Positions 27,582 to 36,531 of a stretch of DNA of 64,000 nt are shown here, piece by piece (the stretch's first letter is position 1; every line of letters starts with the position of its first letter). The DNA is taken from the NCBI GenBank assembly GCA_964446625.1, contig CAYUPH010000003.1, positions 192 to 64,191 of the forward strand, read 5' to 3'. Origin of the DNA: an uncultured Candidatus Saccharibacteria bacterium (lineage in GTDB: Bacteria; Patescibacteriota; Minisyncoccia; Phycocordibacterales; CAIRYW01). Position numbers and translations under genes: made by a program. The notes beneath the pieces were generated by a model. It worked only from the letters and a program-made list of their open reading frames with translations. It was not told the DNA's origin and made no database searches.

Positions 27582-27881
27582 TTATTTTTCTCCTTTAATG
27601 ATAATTCTTTTTTCAAATCCACCACGCTCTTCCCTCTTTTGTTTTTGTACAGCATCTGTACTTTCAAAAGAAGAGAGTTTTTTAAGCGCGTCCACGACTT
27701 CTTGTATATCAGCGAGCTCTTCCGGAACTGGATTTTCTTTAAACTCCAAAATCTCTTCCTCAAGCTTTTTTATGAGCTCTACTTTGTACTCTTCGTCGTT
27801 TGCGGCTCTCGCCTCGTAGGGCACGCCTTTTGCGTCCAGGATTTCAGGAATTTTGTCTCGTACTAGTTTGTTGTACTGCAT
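27582..27881 (-). CDS. MazG-like all-alpha nucleoside triphosphate pyrophosphohydrolase
   Basis: MQYNKLVRDKIPEI… is the N-terminus typical of small MazG/HisE-like NTP-PPases. 99 aa. Confidence 0.5.
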   Translation of the reverse strand: MQYNKLVRDKIPEILDAKGVPYEARAANDEEYKVELIKKLEEEILEFKENPVPEELADIQEVVDALKKLSSFESTDAVQKQKREERGGFEKRIIIKGEK

Positions 27882-27902
27882 ACCCTTAATTATACATAAG
27901 TT

Positions 27903-28763
27903 CTACTCTTCCCTCCCTTCTCGTATTTTGTTTGAAAAGTCAGGGTCGTCTGCATAAAGAAGCGCTTCCCTGTTTATTTTGTACTTCTCGCGAAGCGCTT
28001 CTAAACTCTCACCGTTTCCAATAAGTCCAAGATTATACGCGAGTTCATCAGAATACGCAGGCATCAGGACCTTGAAACTAAACGGCACTTTGCCAGGAAC
28101 AAGCTCGTTTACATGCGAGACAATGTTCGTTGTGCAGGTGTTTGTAATAGTGTTATAGAACTCTGGGTCCCTCTGAAGTTTGTTCGCTCGTGTAAGCATG
28201 GAGACAAAAAGCTCGCGAGCTTTCTCTTTGCCAACATTTGTTTTGTAGAGGTACACGTCGTCTCCTCTGTAGTTTGAGCGAAGCTTAATTACATCTCGCT
28301 CGTCTGCGATTACATAGACAAGTTCATACTGCCGCAGGAGTCCCTTTACTACTCCAAAAGACTCCCCTTTTTCTTTTCGAATTTCTGCAGAAACCGCAAC
28401 ATGATTCCCGTTTTCAAAACCAAAAGAAATGAGCGTGTGCGCTGCGCCTGCTCCGTGACCCTTGAAAGGTTCTACCATAAACCATACAGAATCAATTTTA
28501 GACAGATCAAATTCTTTGTCATAGTAGCTCACATCATAGTCAGTTGTTGTTCTGTAGTTTATGTTTCGGATATTTTTTACAAGTACCTTGTCCCCTTCTT
28601 CAAAGATTGCTGTCGCTAAAACCGCCTGGTCGGGAGACCAGTCTCTTTCCATACTCGGGTGAATGAAAACTGCTAGAATCGCATAGACGACAAGGTAAAG
28701 TACAATCGGTGCAAGGAGTATGTAGGCAAGTATTTTAAAAGTTTTTTTAAGTATGGGTTTCAT
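27903..28763 (-). CDS. DUF4105 domain membrane-anchored protein
   Basis: N-terminal TM helix plus YNTITNTCTTNIV, matching the DUF4105 signature YN…NNCTT. Confidence 0.55.
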   Translation of the reverse strand: MKPILKKTFKILAYILLAPIVLYLVVYAILAVFIHPSMERDWSPDQAVLATAIFEEGDKVLVKNIRNINYRTTTDYDVSYYDKEFDLSKIDSVWFMVEPFKGHGAGAAHTLISFGFENGNHVAVSAEIRKEKGESFGVVKGLLRQYELVYVIADERDVIKLRSNYRGDDVYLYKTNVGKEKARELFVSMLTRANKLQRDPEFYNTITNTCTTNIVSHVNELVPGKVPFSFKVLMPAYSDELAYNLGLIGNGESLEALREKYKINREALLYADDPDFSNKIREGREE

Positions 28764-28769
28764 TTTTGT

Positions 28770-31424
28770 TTACTTCAAATCACTTAAATCTTTTTCTTTT
28801 GAAACTTTAAAGTTCTTAAATCCGATTGCCTTAAAGTGTTTATATGCCGACGCGATTTTTTGCTTCTCAGAAGGCCGCAGGTTTTCTAAGTCTTCAACAA
28901 ATTTAGTCTCCCGTACCAGATAAAGTATGTCTCCTTCCTCTTCTTTTACAACTATTGCCCAGTCAGGATTGTATCCACCAAGCGGGGTATCTATTTTAAA
29001 CCAACCAGGAAGCTTTGCGAACACTTTTACTCTAGTGCTATTTTGAAGATTTTGTGCAAATTCTTTTTCTTTTTCACTATCGAATGCTACATGAGAATAA
29101 ATAGACTTTTCAGTTTCTATTGTTTTATTTTCGTATGATTCAAATTCTTGCTCAAGGAGTTTCATTTCCCAATACTTTCCTGTTGGTACATACTGAAGCC
29201 CTTCATTTACAATGAAATCATGTTTACAACCTTCTATTATCACTATTGTACTTCGGATATACTCTTCTGGATTTTTTAAAAGAAGATCAAGATTTGATAC
29301 ACCAGAAAGTATTGAAAATACTGTTTGTTTTGTAAGACTTGTTTCTTGTGCAATTCTTTCAACCACGTTCCCAATGGAAGCTTTCCTATCTATAACCTCC
29401 CCGACACTTTGGTTTTGGTATACGGTTCGTATAGTACCGTTTTTATCCATTTCAAGTTGTACTTTATTTACCACAACAGTAGGTTTTGTGCTTGTGATAG
29501 TTTCGTTTATTTGAGAAATAATATTTTCTATCAACTTTCCTGAGTTAAGTAAAATATTATAGGTAGTCCTTTGCTTGATCTGGTTCCAGAGCGTTTCAAA
29601 ATCTGGGTGCATTTTTGTGAATTGTACAGTTACTAGCTTGTTTGCGTTTCCTGGTTTTGTCATAGTGTAGCCAGCTTCTGTATACTCTTGCTGAAGCGTA
29701 GAAGCAAATGACTCATAGCTTTCATTTGCAATCACTGTAAGGATGTTGATGTTTGATTCGTACACACGATTCCCTTCAGTATCTACTGGAAGCCGAAGCC
29801 CTCGACCAATTTTTTGACGCTTTGTAAAGTCATCATTTGTTTGGATAAGGGTGCAAATTTGGAATATGTTTGGATTATCCCAGCCTTCTTTGAGCGCTGA
29901 GTGCGAGAAAATAAATGCAAGTGGTTCCTCAAAAGAAAGTAGTTTTTCTTTATCTTTCATAATAAGGTCGTATGTAAGTTTTTCGCGCTTTGGTTCCGAG
30001 CTTACATCTGTAGTTTTTCTCCCTTCATGTTGTCGATCTTGAGAAAAATATCCATCATGCACACGAGTAATATCTACATTTTTAAATCGTTCATATCGAG
30101 TCTTCAAGCTTGCAAATTCTTCTTCAAAAATCTTTTTTATAATCGGATCTTCTCCCCGATAGTTTTTCACTTCATCAATGAAAAAAAGTGATAGTACTTT
30201 TATACGATCTCCGAACTGTTCTTGTTTTCGCATATGCGCTTTGATCGCCTCTCGTATTTGCGTACGAAAGAGTTCATCTCTATTTTCAGTATCATCAGCA
30301 GTTGAATAAGCTTTTCCATTAGAAAGCTCTACACCATCATGTTCACTTATTTCAGTCACCAAGAGATTAGCATATTTTTGATTCTTTTTTGATTTGTCAA
30401 AAAGGTCATCACCGCTTTTTATTTTTACTTCTCTGTGTTCATATTCTCCACTAGTGTTTTTCACCTCAAGTAGTACTTGTGCTGTGGGGTTTTCTCCTTT
30501 TTTGAAATTAATTTTCTTTACAGTAAAGACAAAATCGCTAGCACTTTGTACAGTCGCACCCCAGACTTCTACTTTTTTTACTAAACCTTTTGCATAGGCA
30601 TCCACAGGTGTAAGGCGGTATACGAGATTGTGCACTTCCTTATGTGTGGCACTATAGCGAAGCCGCACAAGGGGCTCTAAGAGCTTGAGTGCTTCTTTTG
30701 TTGCAGGACCTTCCATGTTTTGTGGCTCGTCCATGATCACGACCGGTTTAGTCTGTGCAATCATCTTTATATATGATTCTTCACCGTAAGTGTCATCACG
30801 ATCTGTCTGACGGAGAATAGCTGTTTCTGTAGTAAATGATTGTGTCGTCATGATCATGATTTGTATTTCTGGCGACTGTATGAAGTCTCGCACCAGGCGA
30901 AGTTTTGCGGAATCATAGGCAAAATATCCAAATGGCACATTGTCATAAATCTCACGAAAATGTTCTTTTGTCTGCTCTATTGTCTTTAGCACACCCTCAC
31001 GAATGGCCACGCTGGGAACAAGTATGATGAATTTTTTAAGTCCGTATTTCTGATTGAGTTCAAATATTGTGCGGAGATATACATATGTTTTTCCGGTCCC
31101 TGTTTCCATCTCTACAGTGAAATCTTTTAGGTTCTGTTGTTCTAAAAGTAGGTATCCACCATCTTCGAGCACCATAGATTCGCCACTCTGCGTAATGAGT
31201 CTTGAAACACTGCTTTCAATATTGTTTTGTTTTTGTATTTCTTGTAGATTCTCAATAATTCTGCTTTCATCAATATAAAGCTCGTTTGCTATGATTTGGC
31301 TTGGATTTTGAAGTTCAAATTCTATTTTATCTTTTTCAGTATTTTTTCCAGTATCAAAAAGATTAACAATCGCATTGATTGCGTCGAGTTGATAGTCTAG
31401 ATTTTTTGAGAATTTAAATTTCAT
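28770..31424 (-). CDS. res: Type III restriction endonuclease Res subunit
   Basis: SF2 helicase motifs (TGTGKTYVY Walker A; DEPQN motif II), C-terminal nuclease region, 884 aa. Start overlaps the stop of the preceding gene (TAATG). Confidence 0.85.
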   Translation of the reverse strand: MKFKFSKNLDYQLDAINAIVNLFDTGKNTEKDKIEFELQNPSQIIANELYIDESRIIENLQEIQKQNNIESSVSRLITQSGESMVLEDGGYLLLEQQNLKDFTVEMETGTGKTYVYLRTIFELNQKYGLKKFIILVPSVAIREGVLKTIEQTKEHFREIYDNVPFGYFAYDSAKLRLVRDFIQSPEIQIMIMTTQSFTTETAILRQTDRDDTYGEESYIKMIAQTKPVVIMDEPQNMEGPATKEALKLLEPLVRLRYSATHKEVHNLVYRLTPVDAYAKGLVKKVEVWGATVQSASDFVFTVKKINFKKGENPTAQVLLEVKNTSGEYEHREVKIKSGDDLFDKSKKNQKYANLLVTEISEHDGVELSNGKAYSTADDTENRDELFRTQIREAIKAHMRKQEQFGDRIKVLSLFFIDEVKNYRGEDPIIKKIFEEEFASLKTRYERFKNVDITRVHDGYFSQDRQHEGRKTTDVSSEPKREKLTYDLIMKDKEKLLSFEEPLAFIFSHSALKEGWDNPNIFQICTLIQTNDDFTKRQKIGRGLRLPVDTEGNRVYESNINILTVIANESYESFASTLQQEYTEAGYTMTKPGNANKLVTVQFTKMHPDFETLWNQIKQRTTYNILLNSGKLIENIISQINETITSTKPTVVVNKVQLEMDKNGTIRTVYQNQSVGEVIDRKASIGNVVERIAQETSLTKQTVFSILSGVSNLDLLLKNPEEYIRSTIVIIEGCKHDFIVNEGLQYVPTGKYWEMKLLEQEFESYENKTIETEKSIYSHVAFDSEKEKEFAQNLQNSTRVKVFAKLPGWFKIDTPLGGYNPDWAIVVKEEEGDILYLVRETKFVEDLENLRPSEKQKIASAYKHFKAIGFKNFKVSKEKDLSDLK

Positions 31425-32095
31425 TATTTTATTGAAATAATAATATTATTAATTTCATGTTCAAGTACTTTGATTATCTTTTCAATCAACTCGGTGTACA
31501 GGAAAGTTTTCTCCCTTGTTTGTTGTTCTCTTTGTTTTATCCCCGCTCCAGTTCTTGAAAAATTAAAATCAAATTCGTGCGCAATATTATTTCGGCTTCT
31601 AAATAGTGACCTGATTAGGTCCTTTTCTTCCTTAAATAATTCCTCGGGTAAACCAAATGCCTTTAGTATTTCTATAAGTTCTCCATAGTTTTGAAGACTG
31701 TGGTCTGTAAGAAGAGAGACTATCTTTTGACTTAACATATCATCTGATTTACCACTCATTAATATTTCAGACATGATTTTTAGATCAATACTATCGGTTG
31801 TATTACCAGATAATATCTCCTGTGTTTTTCCAATAAAATATTTATGAGATTTCTTGTTATTTTTTCTAACTAATTCAAGCCCATCTTCTACGATCTGTTT
31901 CATAAAAGAGTCTAAACCTGCACATCCTAAAACAATAATAGCTCGTAATAAATCTTGTTGTTGATCTGTTGCTGGACCCCTTTTGATTTTAAGATCGTCA
32001 TAGATATCAAAAAGAGAATCAATTGAATTATGAGTAGCGTCTTTTATCTTCCTACACCTGTCTAATACTTTTACCTTTTTTTCTTTACTCGCCAT
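31424..32095 (-). CDS. HEPN-like putative RNase (Abi-like), inserted in the Type III R-M operon
   Basis: All-alpha 223-aa protein with RSRNNIAHE (R-x4/x6-H) at residues 166-173 in a C-terminal helix. 3-nt gap to mod and 1-nt overlap with res. Confidence 0.45.
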   Translation of the reverse strand: MASKEKKVKVLDRCRKIKDATHNSIDSLFDIYDDLKIKRGPATDQQQDLLRAIIVLGCAGLDSFMKQIVEDGLELVRKNNKKSHKYFIGKTQEILSGNTTDSIDLKIMSEILMSGKSDDMLSQKIVSLLTDHSLQNYGELIEILKAFGLPEELFKEEKDLIRSLFRSRNNIAHEFDFNFSRTGAGIKQREQQTREKTFLYTELIEKIIKVLEHEINNIIISIK

Positions 32096-32098
32096 AGA

Positions 32099-33940
32099 TT
32101 AAACGACCTTCAAATTAATATTCCTTTCAATATTAACTTTTGTTGTATCATCGAGAGCATTATCAAAACATACAAAAATATCACCTGCCGTTAATTTTAG
32201 CTCTTCTACATCTTCTTTTGTAACCTTGTTTGAAAAACTAACAACGAGCTTTCTCTCACCTTCTGTGACAACCCAAGGCTTCAAACTACTCTTTTCCTGT
32301 TCGACTTTTGCATTTAGACCAAAACCTTCTTTTTCGAGGATTTCATACACAACAAACTTTTCATCGTAACTATCCACAAGCGGTTTCTCAATGAATAATT
32401 TTGATTGCTTTTTTAGCTCCTCAATATCATCTTCACTTGTGAGATCATTCCATTTTCGATAGTTTGAAGATGAAAGCTGAAAAGATTTAAATCCTGTATC
32501 ACCTTTTCCTATTTTTTCCCCAGCACGACGAATTCTTTCACGCGAAATTTCAGCAATATTTTTGTATCCTGCTTTGTAAGATTCACTTTTTTCGTCAGTT
32601 TCCTCCGGAAGTTGAACACAAATCCATTTTCTATTTCCCCCATCTTCTGCGTTCAAATCCATCACCGCGTGAGCTGTTGTTCCAGAACCAGCAAAAAAAT
32701 CTAGCACAATATCATCAGTATCATTATCTACTAGAGAGAAGAGGTATTTCAAAAGACGTACATTTTTTGGACTTTCAAAAATAGTGTTTTGGAATAAATC
32801 ATTGAGCTCTGTTGTACCCTCATTATTTATGCCCACTAGTTCACGCGGAATTACAGAAGAAGGAGCTCCTGTACCATCACCAAGATATTTTTTAATATAG
32901 ATATTCCAATTTGCTTGGTCACCTTTTTCATTAACTAGTGGTCCCGTTTTTGTTTGCTTAAAAACAACCATATTTTTTGCCAATGCTTCTTGAAAAGTAG
33001 GCTCTATAAATCTAAACAAATATCCTTCTTTTGGTTTTACCTTTTCTCCATCTGGACATTCAATAAAATATTTTTGATTTGTTCCCCAAGAAGAATTTTT
33101 CCATGCAAAATCTTTTTCTCGATAAATACCTACCGCGTCCTCTTTATTGTACTGTTTTTTCGCTTCCTCAGAGAGAGGTGCGTAGAAAGTTTCCGTCTCT
33201 AGTATATTTTTTGCATAACATATTACATATTGATGAGATTGGTTTACAAAATTACTTCTAATACCACCCCCTGTACTTGAGTGCCAAATAAGATTTGAGA
33301 TAAAATTCTCCTCACCAAAAATTTCATCCATTATCAATCGTAAATTCGCAACTTCATTATCATCAATAGATACAAAAATAACTCCGTCATCTTTTAGAAG
33401 ATTTCTTGCGAGAAAAAGTCGTGGGTACATCATTGTGAGCCAGTCACTGTGATATCGTCCATTTTTTTCGGTATTCGCGGTCATTTTGATACCACCTTTT
33501 GTTTGCCCTGTTTGTTCATAGTAGTCAGCAACATCTTGAGAAAAGTTATCTTTATATACAAAATCCTTACCTGTGTTATAAGGTGGATCAATATAAATCA
33601 TTTTGATCTTTTCTCGATAATGTTTTTGGAGAAGCTTTAAAACTTCCAGGTTATCACCTTCTATAAAAAGATTTTCTGTTTCGTTCCAGTTTTTTGATTC
33701 TTCAGGTTGCGGGATAAGGGTACCTGTAGAGGGTACACGAATTGCTTTAAATGAATTATTTCGTCCTGCCCAGCTGAGTCCGTATTTCTCAATATTCTCG
33801 TCCAGTTTGTTGTTGCCAAGTAAGGATTTTAGCTTTTCGATATCAAATTTGTCTTCTGAGAAGCATTCTGGGAAAATGTCCTTTAAAATCATAATCTTTT
33901 TGTCCAGGGGGTTGTTTGTTGTTGTGTTTACTTTTTCCAT
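32099..33940 (-). CDS. mod: Type III R-M N6-adenine DNA methyltransferase Mod
   Basis: DPPY catalytic motif (IYIDPPYNTGKDF) and AdoMet motif VLDFFAGSGTTAHAV. 613 aa. Confidence 0.85.
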   Translation of the reverse strand: MEKVNTTTNNPLDKKIMILKDIFPECFSEDKFDIEKLKSLLGNNKLDENIEKYGLSWAGRNNSFKAIRVPSTGTLIPQPEESKNWNETENLFIEGDNLEVLKLLQKHYREKIKMIYIDPPYNTGKDFVYKDNFSQDVADYYEQTGQTKGGIKMTANTEKNGRYHSDWLTMMYPRLFLARNLLKDDGVIFVSIDDNEVANLRLIMDEIFGEENFISNLIWHSSTGGGIRSNFVNQSHQYVICYAKNILETETFYAPLSEEAKKQYNKEDAVGIYREKDFAWKNSSWGTNQKYFIECPDGEKVKPKEGYLFRFIEPTFQEALAKNMVVFKQTKTGPLVNEKGDQANWNIYIKKYLGDGTGAPSSVIPRELVGINNEGTTELNDLFQNTIFESPKNVRLLKYLFSLVDNDTDDIVLDFFAGSGTTAHAVMDLNAEDGGNRKWICVQLPEETDEKSESYKAGYKNIAEISRERIRRAGEKIGKGDTGFKSFQLSSSNYRKWNDLTSEDDIEELKKQSKLFIEKPLVDSYDEKFVVYEILEKEGFGLNAKVEQEKSSLKPWVVTEGERKLVVSFSNKVTKEDVEELKLTAGDIFVCFDNALDDTTKVNIERNINLKVV

Positions 33941-34093
33941 AATAAAAGTGTAGCATAGTTTTATAAATAATATTAAGGGGGTCCGAAACGGAGAGGTGTG
34001 AGTTAATAAACAGTTAATCTGGGTGTGTTACAGTGCGAAATGGTATCCGAACACGACTCAATATGTGCCGGAGCGCTCATTACTTCTCATCAC

Positions 34094-34384
34094 ATGAAAC
34101 TACTTACTGCTCTAGCCTCATTGGCCCTTGCCTGCATTTTCGTGAGTTTGCATGCAAGTGCGGAGACTCCCACCTTCTTCCCTTTTCCTCCCAAAATGAC
34201 AACCTATCTTTCCGACCTGTCGGTTATATCAAATCCAGGTTGGTTCGCTATTACCCTCCTCTCTATTGCACTGCTCGCTGTTGTGGGTAGAAGGCTTGCA
34301 GAAAGGCGGAAACAGGCGAAAAGGAAAAAGGGTAAATCATGGGTGAGGTTGGCTACTCCGATTGAGGAGCCTGGGTCTCATTGA
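34094..34384 (+). CDS. small secreted/anchored protein with a C-terminal TM plus basic tail
   Basis: Signal peptide MKLLTALASLALACIFVSLHASA; C-terminal …SNPGWFAITLLSIALLAVVGRRLAERRKQAKRKKG. Start moved to the internal Met. Confidence 0.4.
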   Translation: MKLLTALASLALACIFVSLHASAETPTFFPFPPKMTTYLSDLSVISNPGWFAITLLSIALLAVVGRRLAERRKQAKRKKGKSWVRLATPIEEPGSH

Positions 34385-34392
34385 TTTGTCGA

Positions 34393-34425
34393 GCCGGTTT
34401 GCTACGCAAACCGGTTTTTTTATTA
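34393..34425 (+). terminator. intrinsic terminator, cassette copy 1
   Basis: gagccggtttgc-tac-gcaaaccgg followed by T7. Near-identical to the copy at 35238. Confidence 0.7.
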
Positions 34426-34573
34426 TCTCCGAGGAAACTCTTTCTAAGAAGGGTGCTCTAAATCAAATATAGACGAAATAAGAAAAATATGTTACAGTAT
34501 CCCTTGGTATCCGAGCCGCTTGTTTCAAACTACTAACCTCACAAGCGTATCGGAGCGCTTGTTTTTTGATATC

Positions 34574-35227
34574 ATGAAAAAGATTAGCTCTCTTCTGGCA
34601 GCCTGTGCTGTATGGATTCTTGCCTTTTTTGGTGCCGCTGCTTCGGCTGCGACTGTGACAGGCCTTTTCCTTGCCCCTAGTCCTGCTGGGAGCTATGTTA
34701 CCCAAAATCAAACTTGGGTTCATTTGGAAGGTGTCAATGGAAACACCTTCTATACTTCCAGCACTTACTACCCTGGTGACCACACTTTCTGGATGCAAAT
34801 GCTCCAGGGTCAGTCCTTTTACTGGGATGTGGAGATTCGGGCTCCATATGATACCCACCTCACAATAGGATCCTTTGTCGGCACTAGATTCCCGTTTCAA
34901 GAAAAATTCGATATGGGGGTCAGTGTGACCGGAAATGGTCGTGGGTCAAATACCTCAACCAGCTTTACTAATGTGCTGGAAGCTAACTACTTCGGGGAGA
35001 ACATCGTCAACTTTGCGGCTGACATTTTTCTTTTCGAAGAAACGTGGGATGTTAAGGAGGGTCTAAATTTTTCAACCGACCGGGCCTTGTTCGCTTCGGT
35101 TCGGTATAACTCCCATATCCCTCTCACCATAGCTGTGCCGATCCCTGAGCCGGGACCAACGGTTTTTGTGATAATCGCAGTGATTGTCATAGGGGTTGTA
35201 GTTTTCAGAAAAAGGCCAACTTCATGA
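34574..35227 (+). CDS. secreted protein with a PEP-CTERM-like C-terminal sorting signal
   Basis: Signal peptide MKKISSLLAACAVWILAFFGAAASA, beta-rich body, C-terminal …AVPIPEPGPTVFVIIAVIVIGVVVFRKRPTS (PEP motif, TM, RKR). Confidence 0.45.
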   Translation: MKKISSLLAACAVWILAFFGAAASAATVTGLFLAPSPAGSYVTQNQTWVHLEGVNGNTFYTSSTYYPGDHTFWMQMLQGQSFYWDVEIRAPYDTHLTIGSFVGTRFPFQEKFDMGVSVTGNGRGSNTSTSFTNVLEANYFGENIVNFAADIFLFEETWDVKEGLNFSTDRALFASVRYNSHIPLTIAVPIPEPGPTVFVIIAVIVIGVVVFRKRPTS

Positions 35228-35237
35228 CGAAATTCTC

Positions 35238-35272
35238 GATCCGGTTTGCGTAGCAAACCGGTTTTTTTAATT
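35238..35272 (+). terminator. intrinsic terminator, cassette copy 2
   Basis: gatccggtttgc-gta-gcaaaccgg followed by T7. Same stem as the 34393 copy with the loop triplet inverted. Confidence 0.7.
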
Positions 35273-35705
35273 ACTTACTTACAATATAAAGAATATAAAG
35301 GAGGAGTCCCCACCAAGATGTAAAAGAAACGAGAAAAGAAATAGTAATTTGTACTTGGAGTTTAGTCGGAAGAAGCTCACTCTCTCTTCCCTCTTTTTCT
35401 CTACCAAGGAGAAAAGGACTCACAACAAATGAAAGAAACAGTCCGTTCAAAATCATAACGCCAAGAACTCCTAGGATGTGACCAAACTCTGTGTTAGTAA
35501 GAGTGTTTGTTTTGAAAAGTAAAAGTGAACCTCCTAGAACTAAAACAGTACCAAGCCAAATAAGAGGCTTTGTTACTTTGTGCGTACGAATTGTCGCTTC
35601 GGTCCAATATGAAGATTTGCGTCCAAGGAATCCGTGTATATCAATAACAGTAACTGCTCCAAGTCCGACTACAAATCCTGCGATTGTGACGAATAGTGGA
35701 AGCAT
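35271..35705 (-). CDS. 4-TM membrane protein, paralog A
   Basis: 144 aa with 4 predicted TM helices and conserved His (DIHGF, RTHK, FGHILG). Paralog of 36104-36526. Confidence 0.4.
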   Translation of the reverse strand: MLPLFVTIAGFVVGLGAVTVIDIHGFLGRKSSYWTEATIRTHKVTKPLIWLGTVLVLGGSLLLFKTNTLTNTEFGHILGVLGVMILNGLFLSFVVSPFLLGREKEGRESELLPTKLQVQITISFLVSFTSWWGLLLYILYIVSK

Positions 35706-35708
35706 ACT

Positions 35709-36098
35709 TTATTCTTGTCTAAGAGCTTTTAGCATGTAACCCTTACCTGACTTTTCTGCAAGATGACTTATTCTACCAGAGCGCATTGCGTCAGAAAGCA
35801 CCCTTTCAAATCTTTGGGTGTTGCCAAAGTATATTGCAAACGCATCTTCAATAGTTGGACCCCAACATACAGCATCTCCCGCCCTTCTGTTTGGATTATT
35901 TCTCCATCCAGCCTCAACTGCTTCTACTAGAAAATCAATAGGATCAATTTTCTCATCTCCTTCTACTTGTAGCCCCATCTGCTGCAGGAGCAAGCCACCT
36001 AGTTGAGCTTTATCTACTTTCTCTTTTTTATGAGACTCTCTCTTCGGTGTTCCACCGGGTAGCTCAGCAAAGCTTCTAAATTCTTTTTCTCCTTCCAT
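35709..36098 (-). CDS. hypothetical soluble protein (129 aa)
   Basis: Intact ORF tightly packed between the two 4-TM paralogs. No motif. Confidence 0.35.
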   Translation of the reverse strand: MEGEKEFRSFAELPGGTPKRESHKKEKVDKAQLGGLLLQQMGLQVEGDEKIDPIDFLVEAVEAGWRNNPNRRAGDAVCWGPTIEDAFAIYFGNTQRFERVLSDAMRSGRISHLAEKSGKGYMLKALRQE

Positions 36099-36103
36099 GT
36101 TAT

Positions 36104-36526
36104 TTACAAGAAAAATGCTAATACGAACGCACCTGCCCAGCTAATGCTTGATACTGCGCCAGAGATAAAGAGCGGAATTTTTTCTTTTGTAGTGAGGTCT
36201 TTAAACGCTTTTTGTGTCGACACTCCAAGGAATCGCCCGATGAAAAATCCGTTTACAGTAAGTGCAAGCACAAACGCCATCTTTCCCAAAAAGGCTGGAC
36301 TGTCGTGGAGTAAATATCCACGCTTATCCCAAAAGACCAAAACCCCTGAAACGATAGTTAGAATAAGTCCCGTCCACACAAACCTGTGTGCCTTTCTAAT
36401 TTTGCTTTCCTCTACCCTCTCCACCTTTCCTCTAAACCAATTAAATCCCGCATGGTCTGCATAAAGAATAGAGATAAAAGAAACAACTACTCCAGCGATA
36501 TGAAAGAAAAAGAAAATGTCTTCCAT
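36104..36526 (-). CDS. 4-TM membrane protein, paralog B
   Basis: 140 aa with same architecture and conserved His positions (ADHAGF, KAHRF, LLHDSP). Confidence 0.4.
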   Translation of the reverse strand: MEDIFFFFHIAGVVVSFISILYADHAGFNWFRGKVERVEESKIRKAHRFVWTGLILTIVSGVLVFWDKRGYLLHDSPAFLGKMAFVLALTVNGFFIGRFLGVSTQKAFKDLTTKEKIPLFISGAVSSISWAGAFVLAFFL

Positions 36527-36531
36527 AGTAC

